Below, piece after piece: positions 10,643 through 23,173 of a stretch of DNA of 64,000 bases. Both the position numbers and the translations under genes were made by a program. The notes beneath the pieces are model-generated. The model was not told where the DNA came from. It saw nothing but the letters and a program-made list of their open reading frames with translations, and ran no database searches. The DNA is from Octopus sinensis (taxonomy: Eukaryota), in contig NC_043017.1 in the NCBI RefSeq assembly GCF_006345805.1, positions 20,460,001 through 20,524,000 of the forward strand. Reading direction: 5' to 3'. Position 1 is the first letter of the stretch, and every line of letters starts with the position of its first letter.

Positions 10643-12301
10643 TACGCACACACATTACACTATATATTATATATATGATGTTTATATATATATATTCTTT
10701 TATTTTTTATTCATTTCATATTATGTATATATTATATATATTTTATATATAGATCATGTGTATACTTTATATATAGTGTATATATTTACACACACGCACC
10801 ATACTATATATTATCTATATAATTTTTATATAATATAATGATTTGCCTAATAGTGGTTTTATCTCTAATTTAATATATATATATATATATACACACATAA
10901 TATAAATATATACATATATAAATAATATATATATATTTATTATGTATGTATATTTATATATATGTACATATATACACAGACACATATAAGGACGTATTCA
11001 GTAAGTTCTAATATTGTTATCAATTCTTTTTTTTCTTTCCCATTAAAACAGTGAAATGCCTAGAAAGCATAAACAAGGATTAGTGAAATGAAAACTGAAT
11101 ACGAATAGGTAAATAAGAAAAATAAAATAGAAGCAAAATAAATGCAAAACAGAAATTTAAAACATATACTAAGTAAAAAAAGAAAAAAAAAAAAGTGGTA
11201 TAAACATAGACGTGTGAAAACAAAACAAATTTCTTTAAAATTCTCATCACATAATGAGGATGATGATGATGATGATGGTGATGGTGGTGGTGGTGGTGGT
11301 GGTGGTGAAGATGATAATGATAATGACTTATATTTATTCATTTTGTTAGTAGAAAGTAAATGAAAAGAAATTAAAAGTGACATATGAAAAAAAGATATTA
11401 GTCTCTGTAGTGTGTGTGTGTATGCGTATGTATATATACATGTATATATGTACTATATATATTTTATATATATATATATATGTGTGTACACATATATGTA
11501 TAAATGTATAATCAGGAGTGAGAGAGAGACAGAGAGGTATGTGTGTATATATATATATATATACATGTGTATATGAATATATTTGCATGTAAAAGTGTAT
11601 TTCTATACATATATTTCTACACACACACACATATATATACTTGTATATAAAAGTATATTTATATGGGTATATTTTACATAATTGGTGTGTATGTATGTAA
11701 TATATAGACACATTATAAATATACATATACATTGTATACATATTTATATTTATATATATTATATATATATATATTACATAATTGTGGTCATGTATATATA
11801 TATATACACATATAAATATACCTATACATATATATACATATTTTATTTATATATATATATATAATATATATAATATATTATATAGTATGTCAGTGGTTGA
11901 AGGAACAGTAACCTCATTTCTTCCTTCCGTCATCTCCATTCATATCAAAAGTTCCGTATCTAAAAGCTACTACTAGTAGATCTATGAGTACTACTGATAA
12001 TGGTTCTTCTTCTTAAAGCCTATCCCCTTCATTTCCTGCCCCACCCTTCCCTCCGCAATCTCTCTCTCTTTCTATTTCATCATAGCAAGTCATTGTAGAA
12101 ATGTAGCAATGAGCGCCAACCACTTTAGGAATTCTTGGGTTTGGTTTGCGAAAGTAAAAGCAAGAATTAAATAAGGTAGCTGGGTTTTGTAACAAGTTTC
12201 CTTCTCAACCACGTGGTTCTGGATTCTGTCTCTGTGCATGGCACCATTCGTTAAGTGTCTTCTGCTATAACTGCAGGCCAGACAAAGCCTTGTGAGTAGA
12301 T

Positions 12302-12543
12302 CTCTTTTACTTTTTTCAGTCATTTGACTGCGGCCATGCTGGAGCACCGCCTTTAGTTGAGCAAATCGACCCCCGGGACTTATTCTTTGTAAGCCAGTAC
12401 TTATTCTATCGGTCCTTTTCTTTTGCAAACTGCTTAGTGACGGGGTGTAAACTGTAAACACCACCATGGCCATGTGCTCAACAATAGAACATACTAGACC
12501 AAACAATACACACCAGCACACAGACAAACATAGACACACAAAC

Positions 12544-12581
<38 letters not shown>

Positions 12582-12722
12582 ACTAATACGACAGGCTTCT
12601 TTCAGCTTCCGTCAACCAAATCCACTTACAAGGCATTGGTTGGCCCGGAGCTATAGCAGAAGACACTTGCCCAAGATGCCACGCAGTGGGACTGAACCCG
12701 GAACCATGTGGTTGGTTAAGAA
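12302..12722 (-). mobile_element. tRNA-derived SINE-B with internal (TA)/(TG) microsatellite
   Basis: Reverse complement has aaccacatggttccgggttcagtcccactgcgtggcatcttgggcaagtgtcttc through gctccagcatggccgcagtcaaatgactg. Confidence 0.85.
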
Positions 12723-12953
12723 AAACTGAAAGAAGCCTATCATATATATATGGCCCTTGTGCTTAGAGTAGAAAAGAATAACTAAAAGCTATTCTATTGG
12801 GAAAAAAAGGGAGAATTGATAACAGTGGACTTTCTCTACAGTGAATTGACGATGGTGAGCTTACCAGACATGGTCCCATCCAGGGAGTAATTTATACACC
12901 ACAGAAACTCGAAAACTGGTCCTTTGAGCTTAAATGGAAAGGATCTTTATCCT

Positions 12954-13335
12954 GGATGGAAGCACTCCGTCGGTTACGATGATGAGGGTTCCGGTTGATC
13001 CGATCAACGGAACAGCCTGCTCGTGAAATTAACGTGCAAGTGGCTGAGCACTCCACAGACACGTGTACCCTTACGTAGTTCTCGGGGATATTCAGCGTGC
13101 ACAGAGAGTGACAAGGCCGGCCCTTTGAATACAGGTACAACAGAAACAGAAGTAAGAGTGAGAGAAAGTTGTGGTGAAAGAGTACAGCAGGATCACCACC
13201 ATCCCCTGCCAGAGCCTCGTGGAGCTCTAGGTGTTTTCGCTCAATAAACACTCACAACGCCCAGTCTGGGAATCAAAACCGCGATCCTACGACCGCGAGT
13301 CCGCTGCCCTAACCACTGGGCCATTGCGCCTCCAC
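12954..13335 (-). mobile_element. Full-length tRNA-derived SINE-D with 12-bp target-site duplication
   Basis: TSD gatctttatcct at 12942-12953 and 13336-13347. Head ggaggcgcaatggcccagtggttagggcagcggactcgcgg with A box and B-like box. Confidence 0.92.
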
Positions 13336-13636
13336 GATCTTTATCCTATGCTTTATCTAAATCAAAGTTGAGGTCAGTAAGGTTAGCATACCTGTGGTTA
13401 TAAAATTTTGACCAGGTGTGATCTGGCTGGGGGCCATAGAACAATAGACAACAAACAAAAGCCATTTTGTATCAAGACTAAAAGACCATTTTACATTCTT
13501 CACTATATTCCATGGAAACTGTCTCTAGCAGGATTAAATATGGTTGTGCTGTAGCATGGCCACAGCTGAGTGACTGAAACCCGTTGAAATGTAAAGGATG
13601 ATATTTTCTAAATGTTGCAAAACTTTAAGATATTTG

Positions 13637-14210
13637 ATGATGGTGATGGTGGTGGTGGTGATGGTTGAGGTGGCGTTGGTGATGTAGTGGTGGTGGTGGT
13701 TGTGGTGGTGGTAGTAGTACTGAAGGTGGTAATAGTGGTGGTGGTAGCAGAAATGGTAGTGATGGTGATGGTGGTGGTGGTGATGGTTGAGGTGGCGTTG
13801 GCGAATGTAGTGGTGGTGGTGGTTGTGGTGGTGGTTGTAGTACTGAAGGTGGTAATAGTGGTGGTGGTAGCAGAAATGGTAGTGATGGTGATGGTGGTGG
13901 TGGTGATGGTTGAGGTGGCGTTGGCGAATGTAGTGGTTGTGGTGGCGTTGGCGAATGTAGTGGTTGTGGTGGTTGTTGTAGTACTGATGGTAATAGTGGT
14001 GGCGGTAGCGGAAATGGTAGTGATGGTGATGGTGGTGGTGGTGATGGTTGAGGTGGCGTTGGCGAATGTAGTGGTGGTTGTAGTTGTGGTGGTTGTTGTA
14101 GTACTGATGGTGGTAATAGTGGTGGTTGTAGTGGAAATGGTAGTGATGGTGATGGTGGTGGTTGTAGTGGTTGTAGTGGTGGTGGTGGTGGTGGCGGTGA
14201 GGGGAAATGA
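13637..14210. repeat. Higher-order tandem repeat (about 122-138 bp unit, about 4.5 copies) built from GGT/GAT/GTA triplets
   Basis: Anchor atggttgaggtggcgttgg recurs at 13661, 13783, 13906 and 14044. Confidence 0.9.
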
Positions 14211-14671
14211 CGGATTGTTCAAATCTAATCTTAGAGAATCTGTATTAAAGAATAGCAGTATAATTACCATAATGTGTGTGTGTGTGTATTTGTGCCCGTG
14301 CGTATGTGTGTATCTCTCAGCATGTGCATGAGTGACTTTATCTATTTCTATGTGCGTATATAAATCTATGCGCTCTTCCAAACATGTTTGCATATGCGCA
14401 TGGCCATGTGTGCAAGTTCGTTTATGCATAAACATGCACAAGTCTGTATATATATATCTGTTTGTGATTGTGTGCCAACATCTGTAAATGTATTTCCCCA
14501 TGCTCATGCTTGTGTGTGTATACATACATACATGCATATATACATATAAACACATATATATATTATATATATTATATATATGTTGTGTGTGTGTGTGTGT
14601 ATGCATACATACTATGTAATATATATGTATATGTGTATATACATACATTGTATATATATGTAATGTATGTA

Positions 14672-14719
<48 letters not shown>

Positions 14720-15764
14720 TACATATGTATGTATGTATATAATATATATATATGTTATATATATATATGTATATTACGTATTATATGTATATATATATAT
14801 GTATGTATGGTATGTATATGTGTACGTATATATGTTTGTGTGTATACAAACACATGCATATGTGCATACCCTATGCACGTATTTGTATAACTACATAAGA
14901 TTTTGCATATTGTGTGTGGATGTATGCATGTACATGTGTGCTTATGCATATATATATATATATATATATGTATGTGCATAGATGTAAGCAAGAGCAATAA
15001 TGTGTGCATGTGTATATGTGTGTGTATATATGTGTGCTCGCATCTATTTAAGCATTCTACTGCAAGGAGATGCGATGAGGGGGTATGTACACGTTTATGC
15101 ATTCAGTTTAAGAAAGGACGTGTATGTCAGTATGTATATATATATATATATATATATGCATGCATGTATATATATATATATATATATATGGATATGTGTG
15201 TGCTTGTGTGTGTGGTTGCATATGTTTCGGAAATAAAAATTCTTGAGAAGTAGCTGTGTTTAATGAAGGGAAACAAGCAGTGAAAAATGTTAGGATTATG
15301 TAAATACAAGAGACAAACAAAACAGCACACGGCACCAAGTGGAAATGGTAGAGATAAAACAGCAGCAGTATAGCAGCAGAAGCAGCAGTGTAGTAGTATA
15401 GTATAGTAGTGATTTTGATAATACTACTGCTACCACAAGTGTTAATGATAGACATATATATATATATATGTACATATATAAACAAGGAGGATCGCGGTAG
15501 CAAGACTTTTATTACATGGAGCTAACTGGGTAAACTCCAGGATTAATGCCTGAATGAAACTATTATATATATAATATATATAGATATATATATATATATA
15601 TCATATCATGTGTGTATATCAATGTATAATGCCTATTACTCTATGTATATATACATAGATATATATATATAAATATATATATAAATTATTTTCATATATA
15701 TATATATGTATATATATTATATATTATATATATATATATATTATATAAATATATATTATATATA

Positions 15765-15802
<38 letters not shown>

Positions 15803-17034
15803 TATAGAAATATATAGCAAATAAGGACAACTTCTTAATAAGGATCTTAATAAGAATTATCAGTAGATAGCGTGAAAAACCTCATAAGATAAAAATTTCG
15901 AAAATAATTCTTTCTTATTGAACATATAATATATATATATAAATAATATATGTACATACACACATATATATATGTACATACACACACACCCACATCATAT
16001 ATATATATTATATATATATATATACACCAATGTATTTATATGTAGGTACGGATGGGTACATGTGTGTGCCAATATATGTTTTTGTGCGTGTACATGTGGA
16101 GAGAGAGATAGAGAGAAAGAGAGAGTAGCAATGTCCAGTATGGTAGGAAAACAGCTCTAATACAGCACAAGATGATGATGAAGATGAAGATGGCAAGACA
16201 ATCAATAGGCGTTATCCTCAGTTAACAGCTGTTCTATGTAGGAGATACCATAACTACACACTGACTGGGCTGGCAAAAGGCAAGATCAACTGCCACTAAA
16301 CCATGGCCGTTGTTGTTGTTGTTGCTATTTTATTTAACCCCGAGATATTAGCACATGGTTGTTAGACAGGCCTAAAAGAAAAAGAGAAACGGTGTAGTCA
16401 ATCTAACCATGATCATCTAGTCTTTTGGTCAAACATTTTATGGCCTCTGAAATTATATTCATATAACCTAATACCCCTAATATTTCATGTCTGAAGACGG
16501 GTGGCTGTGATTTGAGGGAGATGTGGCTGCTATTTCTAGCTGGTTAAGGGCAAGCGAACATGTAGAGCTTATATCCTTTGGTTCAACCGATATTGTTACA
16601 TTATTGTAGTCTACTACTAGTACTACTACTACTACTACTTATACAAGCACCACCTCCACGTCTGCTGCTACTACTACTATTACTACCACAACTACATCCT
16701 CTACTGACTTCATTACTACTACTACTACTAATTCTACTGCTAGAATGGCATTGGTAATGATGACGATGATGATGATAGTTATTGTAGTGGCCTTTTGTTA
16801 TATTAATACTTTAAGGTCTTGGCTAAATTAATAAACACTGACGAAGCTAATTCAGTCATTTACCATCATATAACCGGTATAAGACAACAACTAGCCCCTA
16901 GTACTTATGTTTTTTTTTTAATTAATAACTCTGGTACTCTTTCGTCGAAGCAGTAAGTTGTGGGAATGTAAACAAACCAATACCAGTTGTTGAGCCGTGG
17001 TGTGGGACAAACACACACACACATACATACACAC

Positions 17035-17110
17035 TAGGCCTCGAAAACCGGTTTTATATTATGATCAGTAAAACTGAAACCAATTTCCCAAAACCGATTT
17101 TAAGGCTTGC
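17035..17110 (+). mobile_element. Putative hAT-type terminal/subterminal sequence
   Basis: Starts TAGGCCTCGAAAACCGGTTTT with repeated AAACC(G/A) motifs, upstream of the hAT transposase relic. No matching right TIR found. Confidence 0.35.
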
Positions 17111-17559
17111 TGTTTCGGATCTTTTCAATAAAAGATGTTTTATGTAACACATTCCACCAGTATATGAAGTTTCAAAGTGTTTAGTTACAAATAACTACTT
17201 TTTAAATGTGCCGGTCAAAGTGAAAAGATCTTTTTTTTTTTTTCCCCAAAAAACATTTCTCCATTTTTTCTTTTCAAGAAATATCATTGAAACTGAACTA
17301 TTGTCGGTCGCCTTTACTTGAGAGTGCTGTGTGTTACATTGCAACATATCAATACTCACCTACTTTCCCCTTGAACCTTAGATCAGCACCTTGTCATCTC
17401 CTTTGCTAACCCCTGGCTGACTCTTTGAATTTGCAGGTAACTGAGTTTATTCATAGCAAGTCAAGGGGATGCTGTTAGTCTTCAGTCGGGTGATCTTTCC
17501 CGTTGAGTAATAACCAGTTCCAGATATATTTCAAGGAAGTAACACTAACTTTTTTCATA

Positions 17560-18462
17560 AAAAAAGTGAAGAGATCGCCATAACAGACGATAGTAATGAT
17601 GAAGCTGACATAAGCCAAGACATACTTTGTCAAACAGATTTGGCTCACGAAAATTCTTGTTTTCCCCAGCTAAAACCTGAATTTAACAAAGTTTTAAATA
17701 AGGTAAGAAAAATTTCAAAACTTTTCCGTAGATCTCCTACAAAAAATTAAATTTTGCAAGATTTTGTACGAGCGAACAGGGAATATAAACTTATACTGGA
17801 TTGCAGAACTCAGTGGAATAGCACCTTCCATATGATTGAGCAGAACTTTCCAGAACTTTCCACAGATGCCGTCGCTGACGAAGAATGGAAATCTCTCAAT
17901 TTACTATATGAAATTCTACATTCAGTAGAAATTATTTTGAAGGCTATTTGCGCTAATGATACAGGTTTACTGAAAGCAGAATATTCTATAGAATTTTTAT
18001 GGAATAAACTTGATAATTTCTTTATTATGGAATAAACTTAATATCGTCGGTAACTCTTTGGTTCTAAATCTTCTTGAAAGACTTATGCATAGATATAATA
18101 AGAGAAGGAATGTCGAAGCCTTGACTCTCTTGGGGTATTTATATAACCCAAGGAAATTTAAAGGTGAGTCAATTTCTGGGCCTTTTCTATTTTTTAACGA
18201 AACAACATTTAAGGAAGTATGCTGAACAAACATATAGGAGATTATTTCCTGAACATAATGCTGAGAACACAACAGAATTATACAAAGAAAATGAAATAGG
18301 AGGGAACCTAAAAACAAGTGTTACTCTTGTTCCATCTACTTACGAAGGTAATGAACTCATGCGTGAATACACAAGCGCAATGAAGAAAATGAATGAAGAG
18401 CCCAAGATGGTAACAGATGGATTTGAAATCTCCAAAGAATTCGGATACTTTTTAAGAAGAGT
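17560..18462 (+). pseudogene. hAT-superfamily DDE transposase remnant (in-frame stop at 17748-17750, two frameshifts, both ends missing)
   Basis: Reads NKVRKISKLFRRSPTKN*ILQDFVRANREYKLILDCRTQWNSTFHMIEQ...EEWKSL, then RYNKRRNVEALTLLGYLYNPRKF and ...FEISKEF. DCRTQWNST matches the hAT D-x-x-TRWNS motif. The C-terminal dimerisation domain is absent. Confidence 0.88.
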
Positions 18463-18617
18463 GATCCCAGTGCGCACACTCGCGTATCCGCGCTAGCTAG
18501 TCGTGACTAGTCGATCCTATAACGACTACCTAGCAAAGTAAATAGAACACTAAAAAAATTATTTTTTTACACAAAGTAAATAAGTTTATAAGTGACAGTT
18601 ATGTTAGTAGTGTCGAA

Positions 18618-18861
18618 ACTAGTAACATAACTGTCACTTATAAACCACGTGGGTTTATTTACATTTCTGAAGATATATATATATATATACATACATAAAC
18701 TGCGTGACATCGTGAGCAGGGCGTCACTGGGTTGACATCTATCTTGTGAGTGTACCTTTAATTCAAAAGGTTACAGTGCACAGTGTATGCATGTACATAT
18801 ATATATATATCTACAGAAATGTAAATAAACGTGGTTTATAAGTGACAGTTATGTTACTAGT
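18618..18861. mobile_element. MITE-like fold-back element with about 70-bp terminal inverted repeats
   Basis: Left arm actagtaacataactgtcacttataaaccacg(tgg)gtttatttacatttctg matches the reverse complement of about 18790-18861. Confidence 0.85.
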
Positions 18862-19224
18862 ATCGCCCACATTTCCCCAAGATACCAGATAGTGGGATTG
18901 AACCAAAGACCATATGCTTCAGAAGCCAAGCCTGTGTGTGTATATTCATGCATGGGTATTCTTTCCTTTTCTTCTTTTACTTGTTTCAGTCATTTGACCA
19001 TGGCCATGCTGGAGCACCGCCTTAAGGGGTTTTCATCGAACAAATCGACTCCCTAAGGACCAATTCTTTGTTATGCCCAGTACTTATTCCATTGGTCTCT
19101 TTTGCTGAACCACTAAGTTATGGGGATGTGAATACACAAACATTGGCTGTCAAGTGACGGTGGGCTGGACAAACAGACACAAACACACAAATATATATAA
19201 GTACACATATATGTGTTTGTGTGT

Positions 19225-19623
19225 GGCAGTGTGTTAAGTAGCTTGCTAACCAACCACATGGTTCCGGTTCAGTCCCACTGCGTGGCATCTTGGGCAAGTG
19301 TCTTCTGCTATAGCCTCGGGCCGACCAAAGCCTTGTGAGTGGATTTGGTAGACGGAAACTGAAAGAAGCCTGTCGTATATATGTATATATATATATGTAT
19401 GTATGTGTATATGTTTGTGTGTCTGTGTTTATCCCTCTAGCATTGCTTGACAACTGATGCTGGTGTGTTTACGTCCCTGTTACTTAGCGGTTCAGCAAAA
19501 GAGACCGATAGAATAAGTACTGGGCTTACAAAAGAATAAGTCCCGGGGTCGAGTTGCTCGACTAACAGGCGGTGCTCCAGCATGGCCGCAATCAAATGAC
19601 AAACAAGTAAAAGAGTAAAGAGT
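19225..19623 (+). mobile_element. SINE-B, near full length
   Basis: Head, internal (TA)(TG) tract and aagtaaaagagtaaagag tail are all present. Confidence 0.88.
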
Positions 19624-19767
19624 ATATATATATGTACAACGGGCTTCCTTCACTTTCTGTCAACCAAATCCACTCACAAGGCTTTGGTCAGCCCAAGGTT
19701 ATAGTAGAAGACACTTCCCCAATGTGCCATGCAAGATTCTTACCACACAACCAGGCCTGCGCCAGTA

Positions 19768-20176
19768 TACTCTTTTACTCTTTTACTTGTTTCAGTCATT
19801 TGACTGCGGTCATGCTGGAGCACCGCTTTTAATCGAGCAACTCGATCCTGGGACTTATTCTTTTGTAAGCCCAGTACTTATTCTATTGGTCTCTTTTGCC
19901 GAACCGCTAAGTAACGGGGACACAAACACACCAGCATCGGTTGTCAAGCAATGCTAGGGGGACAAACACAGACACACACACACACTCATATATATATATA
20001 TATACATATATACGATGGGCTTCTTTCAGTTTTCGTCTACCAAATCCACTCACAGGGCTTTGATTGGCCCGAGGCTATAGTAGAAGACACTTGCCCAAGG
20101 TGCCACGCAGTGGGACTGAACCCGGAACCATGTGGTTGGTAAACAAGCTACTTACCACACAGCCACTCCTGCGCCT
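19768..20176 (-). mobile_element. SINE-B, full length, inverted relative to 19225-19623
   Basis: Reverse complement starts aggcgcaggagtggctgtgtggtaagtagcttg. Confidence 0.9.
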
Positions 20177-21367
20177 AGTATAAATATTTATATACAAGCA
20201 CACACACACACACACAGCAAGGTTCCACACAGTTTTCTGTCGACGAACTTAGTTTCTAGACATTGGCTAACCCAGGAACTAGTCTAGAGGGGCAACTGCT
20301 CAAAGTACCACACAAAGGGATTGAACCTGAAAGCACATGATTACTTTTGTAGTCACACACTAAACCTCACCATTTCTCGGCCTCTCCAAGAATTTCCAAG
20401 ACCAGAAAGGAACGAAATCTCTTTCTATTGGAAGAACTCAACGACACAAACAGAAGTGGATGACTGCAACCACGAAACTAAAACCACATTAGTGTGATGA
20501 TCACACCACAACATTTGATGTTGTCATGGACACCATTACAGCTCTCTCACTAATAACAGTAATAATGATGATGACGATGATGATGATGGTTAATTTCAAT
20601 CAAGCAGCAGCAGATTTGGCTTGGAGGCCAAAAGCTGTATTCCATATTGAATATATGACTTGCCAAGACACTTCTGCGACTGTTTCCTGTTGATAAATAT
20701 CTTGAGATTTCTTTGATTCTGTGATTCTAACTGAATAGTACACCAGACAACTGTGTGAGCGTGTATGCATGCATGAGTGTGCATGAGTGTGCATGTGTGT
20801 GTGGTGTTGGTTCTGCTACATATATAGCTAGTCTGCTGCTATATAATACTAACAATTAAGCAGTAGTAGTTTCATATACATACTTAACAATGCATATATA
20901 TATATAAATATATACATACACACACACACACATATGCACAAATGTACACTTACATCTGTGCATATATAATTATACAATTATGTAATTACACACACACACT
21001 CACACACACATGGAAACGCATGTATACACACACACACGTTATACATAAACATGCATTTAACGTTCTGTATAAGCATGTGCACACATTTTTAAAATACAAG
21101 ACTATATAACTCCCTGCATGTGCACATGCGTATACACACACACACACATATATACATGCCGTTGTGTGTGAGTTTGTCCCCACCACTACTTGACAACAGG
21201 TGTTGGTTTGTTTATGTCCCCATAACTTAGCAGTTCAACAAAAGAGACTGATAGAATAAGTACTAGGTTTAAAAAAAAATAAGTCCTAGGGTCGATTTGT
21301 TTGACTAAAATCTTTCAACGTGGTGCCCTGGCATGGCCATAGTCAAATGACTGAAAGAAGTAAAAAT

Positions 21368-21766
21368 GCTGTGTGGTAAGTAGCTTGCTTACCAATCACA
21401 TGGTTCTGGGTTCAATCCCACTGCGTGGCACCTTGGACAAATGTCTTCTACTATAGCCTCGGGCCAACCAAAGCCTTGTGAGTGGATATGGTAGACGGAA
21501 ACTGAAAGAAGCCCGTCGTATATATGTATATATATATATATGTGTGTGCGTGTATGTTTGTGTGTCTGTATTTGTCCCCCCTAGCATTGCTTGACAACTG
21601 ATGCTGGTGTGTTTATGTCCCCATTACTAAGCGGTTCGGCAAAAGGGACCGACAGAATAAGTACTGGACTTACAAAAGAATAAGTCCTGGGGTCGAGTAG
21701 ATCGATTAAAGGCGGTGCTCCAGCATGGCCGAAGTCAAATAACTGAAACAAGTAAAAGAGTAAGAG
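21368..21766 (+). mobile_element. SINE-B
   Basis: Same head, core and tail as the other B copies. Confidence 0.88.
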
Positions 21767-22441
21767 TATATACATAAATACACACACACATGCACACACA
21801 CACATATGTACGTGCACACACACCTACACACACATAGATAAATATATATATGTGTGTACTTAATTGCATGTTTGTGTCTGCACTTTTGCAGTGTGTTGTT
21901 GCGCAAACACGATTGCGCACGACCTCACTCAGACTATGCCAAATGCATGCAAACATTTATTATTATTTGACTAATTGCAAATGCAAACACATCAGAGCAC
22001 GGCCTTTGCAACTAACACACACACACACACACACTGCTCGTGTATTACATTTACAGTGGCACGTATTTATTTATGCTGACAGACAGAACAGAATCCCAGC
22101 ATAATGGAACATGTCTTACAGCGTACAAAGATAAAGTATCACACATCTATTAATGCCAGTAGATTTGGTTTTGGACACTGGCGCTATGAAAATATGGCAG
22201 TTTTGATTGTTTAAATATTCGATCAATCAATATAGCGTCTAATGCCAAAATCAAATGAATGCGTTGGCGTATGAAGTAATTGTTTCTGTGTCTATAAGCA
22301 AATGGTTGTGGAACAAATACATATTAAACTTCACTTAAACACACACACATAATGCATATATATATATATATATATGTGTGTGTATTTTATATCTTATCTA
22401 TCAATCTCCTCACCTCTCTCTTTTTCTCCATATATATAGAC

Positions 22442-22650
22442 TCTTTTACTCTTTTTTTGTTTAAGTCATTTGACTGTGGCCATGCTGGAGCATCGCCTTT
22501 AGTCGAGCAAATCGACCCCGGAACTTATTCTTTGTAAGCCCAGTACTTATTCTATCGGTCTCTTTTGCCGAACTGCTAGGTGACGTAAACACACCAGCAT
22601 CGGTTGTCAAGCAATGCTCAGGGGACAAACCAGACACACAAACATATACG

Positions 22651-22694
<44 letters not shown>

Positions 22695-22701
22695 TATATA
22701 C

Positions 22702-22740
<39 letters not shown>

Positions 22741-22915
22741 CTATATACACACATATATACGACAGGCTTCTTTCAGTTTCCATCTACCAATCCACTCTCA
22801 AGGCATTGGTCGGCCCGAGGCTATAGCAGAAGACACTTGCCCAAGACGCCAGCAGTGGGACTGAACCCGAAACCATGTGGTTGGCAAGCAAGCTACTTAC
22901 CACACAGCCACTCCT

Positions 22916-22919
<4 letters not shown>
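22442..22919 (-). mobile_element. SINE-B with expanded internal (TA)n
   Basis: Same family. The internal microsatellite is longer (about 22645-22755). Confidence 0.88.
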
Positions 22920-22988
<69 letters not shown>

Positions 22989-23139
22989 TCTTTTATTCTT
23001 TTACTCTTTTACTTGTTTCAGTCATTTGATTGTGACCTTGTTGGGCAGCACCACCTTACATTGAACAAATCAACCCCACCACTTATTCTTTGTAAGCCTG
23101 ATACTTATTTTATCAGTCTCTTTTGCCAACCACTAAATG

Positions 23140-23171
<32 letters not shown>

Positions 23172-23173
<2 letters not shown>

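Noticed and set aside
12842-12854. 13-nt microexon (tttctctacag|...|gtgagc)
   Set aside because: The splice signals look good, but the length is not a multiple of 3, no partner exons are visible, and such matches are expected by chance in 64 kb.
13270-13335. tRNA-like sequences here and at 31820-31893, 33696-33760, 54418-54490 and in the SINE-A/B heads as tRNA genes
   Set aside because: They have A/B boxes but no complete acceptor stem or cloverleaf, and each continues into a repeated body, so they are SINE-type heads.
13637-14210. CRISPR-like repeat/spacer arrays here or at 59885-60120
   Set aside because: The units are contiguous tandem repeats without unique spacers, the DNA is eukaryotic, and there are no cas genes.
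17300-17555. Coding exon ending at a strong minus-strand donor (AG|GTGAGT near 17368)
   Set aside because: All three frames hit stops within about 15 codons upstream of the donor.
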